DNA of 64,000 nucleotides from Candidatus Amesbacteria bacterium. Lineage in GTDB: Bacteria; Patescibacteriota; Microgenomatia; CAZETR01; Amesbacteraceae. Shown one piece after another: positions 19,464 to 29,390 of this stretch. Numbering within the stretch: position 1 is the stretch's first letter; the number at the start of each line of letters is the position of its first letter. The position numbers were made by a program, and so were the translations under genes. The notes below the pieces were generated by a model. That model was not told where the DNA came from and did no database searches. It saw only the letters and a list, made by a program, of their open reading frames with translations. The DNA lies in the NCBI GenBank assembly GCA_027331445.1, contig DAHWUD010000001.1, forward strand, positions 43,157-107,156, read 5' to 3'.

Positions 19464-21314
19464 ATGTATCTTGCTTACCTGATCATTTTTCTGGCGGTCT
19501 TGCTGTTTTTTATCTTCCCGGCAGGCGCCCTCCTCGGTGACTGGTTCCTGCAGACCGATTCTTCCCCCGCCATTTCCGTTTCCCTGGGCCTGCTTGTGGT
19601 TACCCTGGAAGCCTATCTTTTAGGCCTGAGCCATTTGTACCCCCTGACCTTGCCTCTAATTGTTCTACAGGCCATTATCATCTGGCGGTACTTCCATCGC
19701 CGACATCTCTTTGTCAGCCTGCTTTCTCCCCGCCGCCTGTCATTGGTGGGAGCCGGTTTTGTTCTCCTGAGCGTTTTTATAAACAGCCTCCAGTTATTCC
19801 CTTTTGGTGCCGTCACCTCTAAAGGAATTTCTCTGTACGGGGCCCACTTTGTCGATTCCACCTGGCATTTGTCGCTCATCAACAGCCTTTCCCGATCCGT
19901 TCCCCCGCCCAACCCCCTTTATTCTGGCCTTCTGGTCACCAATTACCACTATTTGGTTGATCTGCAAATAGCTCTCATTCACAATCTTACCCGCATTCCC
20001 GTTCCGGTCTTATATTTCCAAATCATCGGCCCCTTTTACCTGTTGCTGCTCTCACTTCTGATTTATCGCTTTTCCGTTTCCTTATCGGGTCGGGCGCTCA
20101 CGGGAGTAATGGCTCTCTGTTTTATTATGCTGAGCAGCAATTGGTATTATTTTGCCCGGCTGGTTTTTCCTCTCGCGTCTGTTACTCCTTCAGTTGCCTG
20201 GGTCGAATTTTTCACCACCAAAACCGTCAATTATCCCTTATTGGTTTCACTCATCCTCCTTTTTGTTGTCCTTGAGATTATTCGGACAAGGCCCAGTCTT
20301 TCCCTTGCCCAAGCTCTTGTTTTGGGCTTTTTAACGGGCAGCATTTTTGGTATTAAGTCGCATACCGCCGTAGTTTTAGTGGCTGCATTGGGTTTCGTAG
20401 CTCTGCTAAATCTTTTTAGGAAAAATTTTTACTGGCCCCTCGTTTTTGTAGTTTCACTCATCACCGTTTTTATATTTTCCCAGTTGGTAATTTCCTCTCC
20501 CGCAGGGGGACTGCAATTTAGTCCCCTGTGGTTTATCAAAGTGATGTATGAAAGCACAGACCATTTAAATTTCCCCACCTGGGAGCTTCGCCGTCAGACT
20601 TTGTTAGCTCTCGGCTCATATCTCGGAATCGTCAGATTGTATTTCCAAGGCCTGTCCTGGTTTTTGTTCTTAAACTTCGGCCCCTTGCTTTTAGGTGTTG
20701 TGGCCCTGCTTGATAAAAAATTGGACCGGAATATAAAAACAGTTTTACTGGGTCTTTTTCTATTCGGGCTGTTGGCCACCTTTTTGTTTATTTATACCGC
20801 CACTGCCATTGTCACCATCCAGTTTGTTTACCTGTCGCTAGTCGCGGCCTCAATTCTAACTGCCTATTTTCTGTCCCGATTTTCCCGTTTTGTGGCCGTT
20901 TTCGCTTTTGTCGTCATCTGGCTGTCATTGCTTCCGGGCACTGCTTCCCTTACCGCCCAATATCTTAATTGGTCAAAGTCCTACAGTGTCTCTCCGGCCT
21001 TAACCGCCGCCTTAGTGTTCTTGACCAAGCTGCCTCCGGGAACCATTCTCACCGATGACACCTTTTCCGCCGGGTCATTCGTCCCAGCCTATTCAGGGGA
21101 CACCGTATATTTGGGCGACCATCAAATTTTAACCAGCTTGGGAATCGATTACTCAGATCGGAAAAAATACCCCGTTTCCTGCATCAAACCGCCGTACTCA
21201 ATAGCTTATATCCTTGCTCGCAGCCCCGTCTTAGATTGTCAGGCCCCGATTTTTGATTTAAACGGTGTTTATATCTACTTGGCCTCAAATAGTCCCCACA
21301 GCAGGTTACCGTAA
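19464..21314 (+). CDS. large polytopic membrane protein, function unknown (possible GT-C/polymerase)
   Basis: 616 aa, hydrophobic throughout; GC content drops in its 3' half; its 3' end overlaps the convergent minus-strand MTase gene by 40 nt. Confidence 0.4.
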   Translation: MYLAYLIIFLAVLLFFIFPAGALLGDWFLQTDSSPAISVSLGLLVVTLEAYLLGLSHLYPLTLPLIVLQAIIIWRYFHRRHLFVSLLSPRRLSLVGAGFVLLSVFINSLQLFPFGAVTSKGISLYGAHFVDSTWHLSLINSLSRSVPPPNPLYSGLLVTNYHYLVDLQIALIHNLTRIPVPVLYFQIIGPFYLLLLSLLIYRFSVSLSGRALTGVMALCFIMLSSNWYYFARLVFPLASVTPSVAWVEFFTTKTVNYPLLVSLILLFVVLEIIRTRPSLSLAQALVLGFLTGSIFGIKSHTAVVLVAALGFVALLNLFRKNFYWPLVFVVSLITVFIFSQLVISSPAGGLQFSPLWFIKVMYESTDHLNFPTWELRRQTLLALGSYLGIVRLYFQGLSWFLFLNFGPLLLGVVALLDKKLDRNIKTVLLGLFLFGLLATFLFIYTATAIVTIQFVYLSLVAASILTAYFLSRFSRFVAVFAFVVIWLSLLPGTASLTAQYLNWSKSYSVSPALTAALVFLTKLPPGTILTDDTFSAGSFVPAYSGDTVYLGDHQILTSLGIDYSDRKKYPVSCIKPPYSIAYILARSPVLDCQAPIFDLNGVYIYLASNSPHSRLP

Positions 21315-22024
21315 GTTATTCCTGACTTCAGTTCCAGCCTGCACAGCCGCCCGGCAGCCATTTTGCCGGGAACCAAAAAAGAAAATAAGTTAAACGATCC
21401 GATCCTTTCTTTTACTAATCCCGCACTTTCCAAAATCTCCTCCAGGTTTTTCGGATCATACTTCGCCAGATGCTGTTCATCCTCCAACTTGGGCACGGCA
21501 CTGACCAGGTCCAACAGCCTCTCCAGTATCCGCCACGAACTTTTGTAGTTGGGCGTGATAATGCATATCCAGCCCCGGGGATTGAGCATTTTGGTGAGCT
21601 GTTTCAACATTGCTTTTGCCTCCCCGATTCTAATGTGCTCGATCACGTCCATCATGACTATCAGGTCAAACTTTTCTGCTATCCCGGCTTGCCCGATGCT
21701 TCGGATGTCTGCTTGCCTCAATGTCACATTCTTAATTTTTTTATCATTCAGTGTTTTTTTCAAAAAGGCCAATGCCTCATCATTGTAATCCACACCCACA
21801 ATTTTCGCGACGGATTTGGCAAATCTGAATTCAAAATTGCCGGAACCTGTTCCCAGGTCAAGAATCTTCATATTCGGACGAATTAATCCTTCCACTGCAA
21901 TCAGCTTGTTGTTATGCCAATTGGATTGAAAAAAATTTCCGCTTCTGATTGCCTTATACTGATAATCCGCCGGAATTCCCAACTGCTTTTCTATAATAGT
22001 CCCTTTAAGACGGCTTTTTGTCAT
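21275..22024 (-). CDS. class I SAM-dependent methyltransferase
   Basis: ILDLGTGSGNF (motif I), VGVDYNDEALAF, DLIVMMDVIEH, LNPRGWICIITPN. Confidence 0.75.
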   Translation of the reverse strand: MTKSRLKGTIIEKQLGIPADYQYKAIRSGNFFQSNWHNNKLIAVEGLIRPNMKILDLGTGSGNFEFRFAKSVAKIVGVDYNDEALAFLKKTLNDKKIKNVTLRQADIRSIGQAGIAEKFDLIVMMDVIEHIRIGEAKAMLKQLTKMLNPRGWICIITPNYKSSWRILERLLDLVSAVPKLEDEQHLAKYDPKNLEEILESAGLVKERIGSFNLFSFLVPGKMAAGRLCRLELKSGITYGNLLWGLFEAK

Positions 22025-22054
22025 ATAATACTCGCTGGATATAGATCATTATAT
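22024..22054 (+). promoter_or_regulatory. candidate divergent promoter region (TATAAT at 22024-22029) between minus-strand MTase and GT4 gene
   Basis: 31-nt AT-rich intergenic spacer TATAATACTCGCTGGATATAGATCATTATAT between divergent start codons; perfect -10 hexamer; no -35 assessed. Confidence 0.2.
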
Positions 22055-23176
22055 ATGAACATTCTCATTTTAAATTGGCGGGATCCCAAAAATCCGCGTT
22101 CCGGTGGTGCAGAAGTCATCACTTATAAATACGCTAAATATTGGACTTCCCGGGGCCACCATGTTTTTTGGGTATCTAATTATTTTTCCGGTGCCAAATT
22201 AATCTCGTACGAACCAAACTTGACGATTTTCAGAATTAGGCCCGAACTTGGATACACGGTTAAAGGTTTAATCCTCTCATACCCGTTATTTCTCCGGAAC
22301 GCAACCGGAAAGGCCATCCAGATAATGAAAGAAAACCGGATAGATTTGGTCGTCGACGAAATTCATGGGTTGCCTTTTTTTACCCCTTTTTATTCCAGAC
22401 CCCGGCACGTCTTGCTTGTCTGTGAAGTAGCCGGACCAATTTGGGACAAGATGTTCCCTTTCCCCATTAGTAAAATCGGTAAACTCCTCGAAAAGATAAT
22501 TTACATTCTTTATCAGAATACTGAAACTTGGGCCATATCCCAAAATTCCCAAAAGGACATCTTTAATCTAAATCACAATAAAAATATTAAAATTCTTCCT
22601 TTGGGGATAGATCCTTCTCCTATTTCGTCGAAACCTAAATTTCCCTATCCTTCGGCCGTTTTCCTGGGACGGTTGGTCAGGATGAAGGGGATTGAATCAG
22701 CAATTTACGCCGCCGGCAGGATAAGCTATGAATTCCCCAAATTTAAACTTTACGTTGCCGGAGCCGGGTCTGAAGAATACCTGAATTTTCTCAAAAGCAA
22801 AGCCAAAGAAATAAAGGCCCGAAACAGCGTAATATTTTGCGGATACCTTTCCGACGCTCAAAAAAAACAGTTATTGGCCAAAAGCCATTTTCTTATTCAT
22901 CCATCTTTCAAGGAGGGCTTCGGATTAACCATTCTCGAAGCGGCTTCTGTGGGCACACCGGCGATAGCCAGGAAAGGCAGCAGTCTCGATGAGTTAGTCA
23001 AAGACAGGGTGACTGGATTTTTATTTACGAAAGATTCGGATATCAGCGCCTGTTTTAAAGCAGGCATGCTCAAGTCAAATTACGCCGCGCTGCAGTCAAC
23101 GGCAGTCCTGAATAGCCGAAGGTATTTCTGGGATGCTGTCCTTAAGAAATCCGGTTCAATCACCGGAATAAAATGA
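22055..23176 (+). CDS. GT4 family glycosyltransferase
   Basis: ORF track 21914..23176 overlaps the minus-strand MTase; preferred start ATG 22055 (MNILILNWRDPKNPRSGGAEV); C-terminal KEGFGLTILEAASVGTPAIARKGSSLDELV. Confidence 0.7.
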   Translation: MNILILNWRDPKNPRSGGAEVITYKYAKYWTSRGHHVFWVSNYFSGAKLISYEPNLTIFRIRPELGYTVKGLILSYPLFLRNATGKAIQIMKENRIDLVVDEIHGLPFFTPFYSRPRHVLLVCEVAGPIWDKMFPFPISKIGKLLEKIIYILYQNTETWAISQNSQKDIFNLNHNKNIKILPLGIDPSPISSKPKFPYPSAVFLGRLVRMKGIESAIYAAGRISYEFPKFKLYVAGAGSEEYLNFLKSKAKEIKARNSVIFCGYLSDAQKKQLLAKSHFLIHPSFKEGFGLTILEAASVGTPAIARKGSSLDELVKDRVTGFLFTKDSDISACFKAGMLKSNYAALQSTAVLNSRRYFWDAVLKKSGSITGIK

Positions 23177-24291
23177 ATATGCCAGTATATATATTCATCG
23201 GCACAACGGCAGAATTTATTAAAATTTCACCGGTCATTAAAGAGCTTAGAAGGAATCATGTCCAGTTTTGCCTAATTACTTCAGGCCAGGGAAAAATAAA
23301 TTTTGAGGAATTCAGGCCGTATCTTGGCCCTATAAAAGCCGACATCTCATTCGAACACAAGGGAGAAAAATCGTCTACCTTACATTTTGCCGTCTGGGCA
23401 GTCAGGACTCTGCTCGTGAGTTTGGTGTCGCTTCGGGACGTATTCCCAAAGTCAGATCGCGGGCAAACCCTCCTCGTCGTCCACGGCGATACCGTGTCTT
23501 CCCTGTGGGGTGCGCTGATCGCCTATGTCTACAAACTAAAGTTGGTTCATATCGAATCGGGACTGCGGTCATTCAATTTTTTGGAGCCTTTCCCTGAGGA
23601 AATATGCAGATATTTGCTTTCCCGGGTTGCCCGCATTAATTTTTGCCCCAATCAATGGAGTGTTGATAATTTAAGATCACGAAAGGGTATTAAAATTGAT
23701 ACTTTCCAAAACACACTCATTGATATTCATAAGTTTGCGGTCAGCCGAAAAATTAAACCGCCGCACATTCCTTCGAAATATTTTGTCCTGGTGATTCACC
23801 GCCAGGAACATGTAATTTTTGACCGCGGGAAGACACTCAGGATTATTAAGGAAATTTTAAATGCCACACCCCGATTGCCGTGCGTCTTTATCATGCATCG
23901 TCTGACCTCGAATTTTATTGACTCGCTGGGGCTTGAAGACTCATTTTTGAAAAATAAGCGCCTTATTTTATTGCCTAGGCTCTCATATTTTGAGTTTACC
24001 TCCCTTTTGCATAACTCTCAGTTTGTCATCACGGACGGAGGCAGCAACCAGGAAGAGTGCTATTACCTGGGCAAACCCTGCCTGATACTGAGAAATAGAA
24101 CCGAGAGAATTGAGGGTCTGGGTGAAAATGCGGTCCTGGGAGGCTTCAGCACAAAATATATTAGGGACTTTATCGGCAATTATAAACAATACGTTCGTCG
24201 TCCTATTGCCGCTTCCGCATCTCCGTCCGGGATAATCGGAAATTACCTGAAGGACTCGATACGGGACACTTCCAATTATGGCCGGAATTAA
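23173..24291 (+). CDS. UDP-N-acetylglucosamine 2-epimerase-like (non-hydrolysing, WecB/MnaA family)
   Basis: LLVVHGDTVSSLWGALIAYVYKLKLVHIESGLRSFNFLEPFPEEICRYL and FVITDGGSNQEECYYLGKPCLILRNRTERIEG align with the HVEAGLRS...PFPEE and SGGIQEEAP...RDTTERPE regions of WecB. Confidence 0.7.
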   Translation: MNMPVYIFIGTTAEFIKISPVIKELRRNHVQFCLITSGQGKINFEEFRPYLGPIKADISFEHKGEKSSTLHFAVWAVRTLLVSLVSLRDVFPKSDRGQTLLVVHGDTVSSLWGALIAYVYKLKLVHIESGLRSFNFLEPFPEEICRYLLSRVARINFCPNQWSVDNLRSRKGIKIDTFQNTLIDIHKFAVSRKIKPPHIPSKYFVLVIHRQEHVIFDRGKTLRIIKEILNATPRLPCVFIMHRLTSNFIDSLGLEDSFLKNKRLILLPRLSYFEFTSLLHNSQFVITDGGSNQEECYYLGKPCLILRNRTERIEGLGENAVLGGFSTKYIRDFIGNYKQYVRRPIAASASPSGIIGNYLKDSIRDTSNYGRN

Positions 24292-25345
24292 AATCAGCAT
24301 AATTGTTGCCACTTTTAACTCCGAATCCACGCTTCCCCAAGTCCTGGCCTCAATCGATAGACAAAAATTTCCCAAAAAATCGATTGAAACGTTAGTAGTT
24401 GACGGAGGCTCTACGGATAGGACCAAACAAATAGCCAGGAAGTTTGGTGCCAGGATCATCAATAATCCGAAAACCCAGCAAAACTATGCTAAATTCCTGG
24501 GTTTTACCAGAAGTCACGGAAGATATCTTCTTTTTTTAGACTCGGACGAAATGCTCGTGGACCCGACGAGCCTCAGGCGCAAAATCGATTTTTTTTCAAA
24601 ACACCACGAAATAAAGGTCGCTATTCCCAGCGGTTATCTGACCGGTCCCAAAAACTCAATTGTTGCCAATTTTGTGAATGAATTTGGGGATCCTTTTTCC
24701 TTTTTCATCTATCGTCTCTCAAAAAGTTCCGACAGGTTTATACGGACCATGCGCGGTCGATACCCGGTCCGGCTAGAAAATGACAACTTCCTGGTAGTGG
24801 AAATCAAAAATGCTTCTCAAATTCCGATCCTTGAGCTGACGGCCGGCGGTAGCATGTTTGATTCGATTTATTTCAGGCAAAACTTCCCAACTGCAATCCG
24901 CGGCCCCGAACTGCTAAATCATGCCTTCTATCTGATCAACTCGCTGTCACCCCTGCTGGCAATTACTAAGGACGACCCGATTATTCACCACCCATCCGGC
25001 TCTCTTAAAAATTACCTGAACAAGCTTTCCTGGCGCATCAAGAACAATATCTATTTTAAGGATACTATGGGAATTTCAGGGTACTCTGGCAGGGAGGAAT
25101 ACCAAATTGGTCTGACAAACCGATTAAAAAAATTCATGTTTATTCCTTATTGCCTCACAATTCTATTTCCGGTAGTTGATTCAATCTCATTATCCGTTTC
25201 CCGTAAAGATGTGAAATATTTGCTTCATTTCCCGTTAAGTGAATATACAGCCATGTTGATCATTTTTCATTTAGTTGCGAAATCCTTCGGAATCATGCCT
25301 TCGCTCAACACTTATGGATCCAATCAGCTCATCGCAAAACCTTGA
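24278..25345 (+). CDS. GT2 family glycosyltransferase
   Basis: ISIIVATFNSESTLPQVLASIDRQKF...VVDGGSTDRT...LFLDSDE. Confidence 0.65.
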   Translation: MAGIKISIIVATFNSESTLPQVLASIDRQKFPKKSIETLVVDGGSTDRTKQIARKFGARIINNPKTQQNYAKFLGFTRSHGRYLLFLDSDEMLVDPTSLRRKIDFFSKHHEIKVAIPSGYLTGPKNSIVANFVNEFGDPFSFFIYRLSKSSDRFIRTMRGRYPVRLENDNFLVVEIKNASQIPILELTAGGSMFDSIYFRQNFPTAIRGPELLNHAFYLINSLSPLLAITKDDPIIHHPSGSLKNYLNKLSWRIKNNIYFKDTMGISGYSGREEYQIGLTNRLKKFMFIPYCLTILFPVVDSISLSVSRKDVKYLLHFPLSEYTAMLIIFHLVAKSFGIMPSLNTYGSNQLIAKP

Positions 25346-25357
25346 TTACCTTTGATT

Positions 25358-26197
25358 CTACGCTTCCCAGAAGCTGTTCTGAATTGACAATTTAGCCAGG
25401 GGATGGAAGTTTTTTGATAAATATTGAGTCAGTCTTTTTACATCGAACGCATCCTCGATTAACATCGTTGCACCATTGTATCTATCAAAAAAATGTTTAG
25501 CCCCTTGTAGTACTTCCACCTCATGCCCCTCTACATCAATCTTAACGAAGACTTTGGATTTGAATTTCAATCGCGGATTTTTGAATATACTGTCGAGCTT
25601 GGCCGTCTTGACGGTAATTTGTTCACTCGTTTTAAAGCTCACAATCATTTTTGCCGGTTTGAAATAGTAAAACCTCTTTAATCCGTCGTGGTTACTTAAG
25701 GCGACGTTAAACAACCGGACATTTTTTAGTTTGTTTTCCCTCACGTTTTTAGAAAGTAGCTTGAAACTCACCGGATCCGGCTCAAACGAAACGGTTTTTA
25801 AGTGAGAGCCATGCGTATTTGCCAATTTAGCAATAGCCACGGTGTATTTACCGAATCCGGCTCCAATATCAATAAATGTCACATCAACCCCTTCGAGGAT
25901 TTCTTTGATTATTAGCGAAATTAATTTATTTATGTCCACTCTTTCAAACGCGGGGGAAGCAGTCTCAATGTCAAACAGCGTTTCCCTGACAAAAAAATTC
26001 CCAAACCTTGTTTTTAGTAATAATTCCTTTGATCGTGTAGTTGTTGCCGATTTAAACTTCAGAAGCGCGTAAAAAAGGAATTCAAATTCATTAATGAATA
26101 CCTTGAATTGATAATTGCGGCATTCAAAAGGGGAAATTAGTTTACAAAATATTAATTGAGGATAAAACCTCAACTTTGATAGTACATCCATCCGCAT
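25358..26197 (-). CDS. FkbM-family methyltransferase
   Basis: FIDIGAGFGKYTVAIAKL ... VKIDVEGHEVEVLQGA, the characteristic FkbM pair of motifs. Confidence 0.7.
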   Translation of the reverse strand: MRMDVLSKLRFYPQLIFCKLISPFECRNYQFKVFINEFEFLFYALLKFKSATTTRSKELLLKTRFGNFFVRETLFDIETASPAFERVDINKLISLIIKEILEGVDVTFIDIGAGFGKYTVAIAKLANTHGSHLKTVSFEPDPVSFKLLSKNVRENKLKNVRLFNVALSNHDGLKRFYYFKPAKMIVSFKTSEQITVKTAKLDSIFKNPRLKFKSKVFVKIDVEGHEVEVLQGAKHFFDRYNGATMLIEDAFDVKRLTQYLSKNFHPLAKLSIQNSFWEA

Positions 26198-26256
26198 AGT
26201 GGGATTTTATCCCAACCATTGGGTTAAAGCCATGTTCCGAGTTATACTTGTAGCCA

Positions 26257-28467
26257 GTGATTTCAGAGAGACGACCGCATAACAAAGCAGTCACCAAATA
26301 TTATCTCCTTGCCCTTGTACTGGTAGTTGTTGTTTCGCATTGGCAGTGGATATTTCAAAATGCATACTATAGCTGGGGTGATGTCCGTTTTCCGGCCCAA
26401 TTTGTTGACACATGGAAGAATTTATTTGTTCTCCCCTCACTCTGGTCGTCATATTACAATGGCTTGGGGGGAATCGACCTTCTTTTATCGTGGTTTCCGT
26501 CTTTTAATGTTGTTTTTGCCGGACTGGCATCCGTTGGCTTAGACTCCAGAGTAGTATTTAGGCTCTTTTACTTGATTCCTATTCCCTTTCTCTCCACCAT
26601 CGGCAGTTTTCTTTTGGCCAGGCACTTTACCAAAAGCAACCTGGCCGGGTTTATTAGTGCCTTGGTATTCTCTTTTAATGTCGGCTTTCTTTTGGCTGAA
26701 ACGGGTAGCCCGACCATCTCATTGGCCGAAGGCCTGGCTCCGCTGATCTTGTTTTCGTATTCCGTCTACCTGAAATCCGGAAAAGCAAAACATGGTTTAT
26801 TAACGGGTTTATTGAGCTTTATTTGTGCTTCTTACGAGTTCCGGATTTTCTACATTATTGCTTTTATTTTGATATTTTATAGCATTTTTTTCCATCTTTT
26901 TGAGCTCAAGATAACCGTTCATAATGCCAGGAGGCGAATTTTTCTGTCTCTGTTGCCGCTGCTGGTAGTTCTGTTTCTCAGCCTCTATTGGATTCTTCCG
27001 CTATTCTTTACCCATAATCTGGCCGGCAATGCCTTGTTTAATCGGAGTTTGTTTGGGGATAAATTTTCATCCCTTAGACAATCAATAGCTTTATTTTCTC
27101 CGTGGTGGACGGGAGGGCACGGCTACGCGGGGGGGGTTGTTCAACCCATTCCCCGGCAGTTTTGGATCATCCCAATTCTCGTCATCTTGGGGTTCGTCGT
27201 CAATATCAAAAACAAATATGTCTATTATTTCGTTTTCCTCAGTTTATTGGGCATCCTGCTTACCAAGCAGTCAGATTATCCTTTCCCGGATTTATACAGC
27301 TGGCTATTCACTCACTTTCCCGGATTCAATGCCTATAGGGAAGCCAGCAAGTTTTTGGTGATTCTTTACCTGGGGTATTCGGTATTGATTGGTTTTTTTG
27401 TTTCCTGGATCGACAGAAATTTCATCAATTCCAAATTTCTTCATTTCTTTAAATTACTCGTAGTGGTAGAAATTGCTTCATTATTCCTGGTAAATGCCAG
27501 GCCCTTTGTCATCGGTAGCATCGGAGGGCTTTTTACACCCAAACACCTGCCAGCGGAGTATCAAACTCTTAAAAATTTCTTGATCTCTGACAGAGAATAT
27601 TATCGAACCCTTTGGATTCCCACCAACAGCCTCTGGGGATATTTTGACAATCTCCACCCGGTAATAAATATGCATACTTCATATTTTGATACCTGGGGAA
27701 ATATCTTTTCCACAAGACCGGATTTTCGGATCATGCCGGACACCAGCAGATACATTACCAACGACAATCATCAGGCTTTCAATTTTCTGTATCAGAACTA
27801 TTCCGCAAACTTGATAAACATCCTCTCGATTAAGTATGTAATTGTGCCGTTAAAAGATACCCAAAACGATGACGACATGTTTGTCAATTACGGGATGAAT
27901 GACAGGCAGTATATTCTGGATTTTCTGAACCGGTTGCCTTTCCTTAAAAAAATAGATATCAACACCCCCCATATTGATGTTTACGAAAACAAGAGTTTTC
28001 GCCCCCTTTTTTATCTTACCGATTCACCCCCCTCAATATTTGACTCAAAACCAGCTTCCTTTTCTGCTGTCGCGTATCAGAGCTTTAGCTCCACCCGGTA
28101 TCTGATTCGGGTAAACCACCTCAAAGATCCCGAAATTCTTAGTTTTTCACAATCGTATTCTCCCGATTGGACTTTATATATGGGAAAAATAAATCCACTG
28201 CTGGCGATTTTCACTTCTAAATCTCTGTCGTCACAAATGCACAGCCAAGCAGATTCCACGTTTAACACTTTTTATTTGTCGCCCGATGAAATAAAAAAAG
28301 ACTTCGCCCCGTCATCGTATCAAACAAACCCTGATGGCAGCATCAATTTTACGGCCACTTTATATTTGAAGAGCCAATCGTATGTTTATTACGGAACGGT
28401 CATGTCCGTAGCCGCTTTGATATCCATCTTGGCATTTTTGATCGTCCTTCCCCGGAATAAGCGTTGA
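26257..28467 (+). CDS. large polytopic membrane protein with C-terminal extracytoplasmic domain (paralog A; putative GT-C)
   Basis: 736 aa; about 13 TMs then soluble domain and a final TM; shares HFPGFNAYREASKF, LWIPT, IKYVIVPL, NTPHIDVYENKSFRP, TNPDGSINFTATLYLK with the ORF at 35137. Confidence 0.5.
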   Translation: MISERRPHNKAVTKYYLLALVLVVVVSHWQWIFQNAYYSWGDVRFPAQFVDTWKNLFVLPSLWSSYYNGLGGIDLLLSWFPSFNVVFAGLASVGLDSRVVFRLFYLIPIPFLSTIGSFLLARHFTKSNLAGFISALVFSFNVGFLLAETGSPTISLAEGLAPLILFSYSVYLKSGKAKHGLLTGLLSFICASYEFRIFYIIAFILIFYSIFFHLFELKITVHNARRRIFLSLLPLLVVLFLSLYWILPLFFTHNLAGNALFNRSLFGDKFSSLRQSIALFSPWWTGGHGYAGGVVQPIPRQFWIIPILVILGFVVNIKNKYVYYFVFLSLLGILLTKQSDYPFPDLYSWLFTHFPGFNAYREASKFLVILYLGYSVLIGFFVSWIDRNFINSKFLHFFKLLVVVEIASLFLVNARPFVIGSIGGLFTPKHLPAEYQTLKNFLISDREYYRTLWIPTNSLWGYFDNLHPVINMHTSYFDTWGNIFSTRPDFRIMPDTSRYITNDNHQAFNFLYQNYSANLINILSIKYVIVPLKDTQNDDDMFVNYGMNDRQYILDFLNRLPFLKKIDINTPHIDVYENKSFRPLFYLTDSPPSIFDSKPASFSAVAYQSFSSTRYLIRVNHLKDPEILSFSQSYSPDWTLYMGKINPLLAIFTSKSLSSQMHSQADSTFNTFYLSPDEIKKDFAPSSYQTNPDGSINFTATLYLKSQSYVYYGTVMSVAALISILAFLIVLPRNKR

Positions 28468-28493
28468 TCTCAGGCATGTAGTACAATTCACCC

Positions 28494-29390
28494 ATGACTT
28501 ACCCGACAAAGGTATTACTCACCGGAAGCACGGGACTTTTGGGGAGAGCCGTTCTGGCCACCGCCCCCGGCAGTTACAAAGTTTTCCCGGTTTTTTCAAA
28601 AAATCCCCCTTTAAATCTTGGTTATAAATTTCTTCAGACGGATATTACAAAGAAAAACGAAGTTAACGCGATATTCGAAAAAGTTAAACCGGATGTGGTT
28701 ATCCACGCCGCTTCAATAGGCAATGTAGACTATTGTGAGAGAAATCAGGAAGAAGCTTTCAAGGTAAACGTCACCGGCACCGAAAACCTGGTCAAACTTT
28801 GCCAAAAAATTGGTTCCCGACTGGTCTTTATTTCCTCGAACGCAGTTTTTGACGGGTTCCACCCGCCATATTCTGAAACTAGTCAGGTAGCCCCGGTAAA
28901 TTGCTACGGTCAAACCAAGGTCGCTGCTGAAAAAATTGTTTCCCAAAGCGGCCTCGACTTTCTCATCATACGTTTTACCCTCATGTACGGATGGAATAAT
29001 TCCAATCAGAGGTCAAATGCCGTTACCTGGCTATTGGACAAGTTGAGAAGAGGCGAGGATGTAAATCTGGTTACCGATACTTATGTCAACCCCGTCTTTA
29101 ATCTTCAGGCTGCTGAATGCCTCTGGAAGGCTCTGTTTTTGGGTAAGACCGGAATCTACCACGTCGGGGGAGGAGAGCGGGTCAATCGCTACCTGCTTGG
29201 TCTGAAAACCGCTCAAGTGTTTGGATTTGAAACCTCGTTTATCAAACCGGTCACAAGCGATTTTTTTCCGGGAATTGCCCAGCGCATGCCGGACACCACC
29301 TTTGATACTTCCCAAATGCAGCGAGAACTCAAAATTCGGCCCCTAAAAATCTTAACCGGTCTGAAAATCATGCGGCATATCAGCATATGA
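28494..29390 (+). CDS. RmlD-like NAD(P)-dependent 4-ketosugar reductase (dTDP-4-dehydrorhamnose reductase family)
   Basis: KVLLTGSTGLLGRAV (Rossmann), KPDVVIHAASIGNVDYCE, SSNAVFDG...YSETSQVAPVNCYGQTKVAAEK (YxxxK), FLIIRFTLMYGW - collinear with E. coli RmlD blocks. Confidence 0.6.
   Translation: MTYPTKVLLTGSTGLLGRAVLATAPGSYKVFPVFSKNPPLNLGYKFLQTDITKKNEVNAIFEKVKPDVVIHAASIGNVDYCERNQEEAFKVNVTGTENLVKLCQKIGSRLVFISSNAVFDGFHPPYSETSQVAPVNCYGQTKVAAEKIVSQSGLDFLIIRFTLMYGWNNSNQRSNAVTWLLDKLRRGEDVNLVTDTYVNPVFNLQAAECLWKALFLGKTGIYHVGGGERVNRYLLGLKTAQVFGFETSFIKPVTSDFFPGIAQRMPDTTFDTSQMQRELKIRPLKILTGLKIMRHISI

Noticed and set aside
26198-26256. 59-nt divergent intergenic region between FkbM MTase (-) and membrane paralog A (+) as a possible regulatory RNA or riboswitch
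   Set aside because: It is too short for a structured riboswitch and shows no obvious conserved stem-loops by eye. It is most simply a bidirectional promoter.
28494-29390. Calling the SDR a bona fide rmlD within a complete dTDP-rhamnose pathway
   Set aside because: RmlD-like blocks are clear, but no RmlA/B/C homologs are evident in the window. The two nucleotidyltransferases lack the RmlA GGSGTRL loop. The enzyme may reduce a different 4-keto-6-deoxy sugar, so only a family-level call is made.
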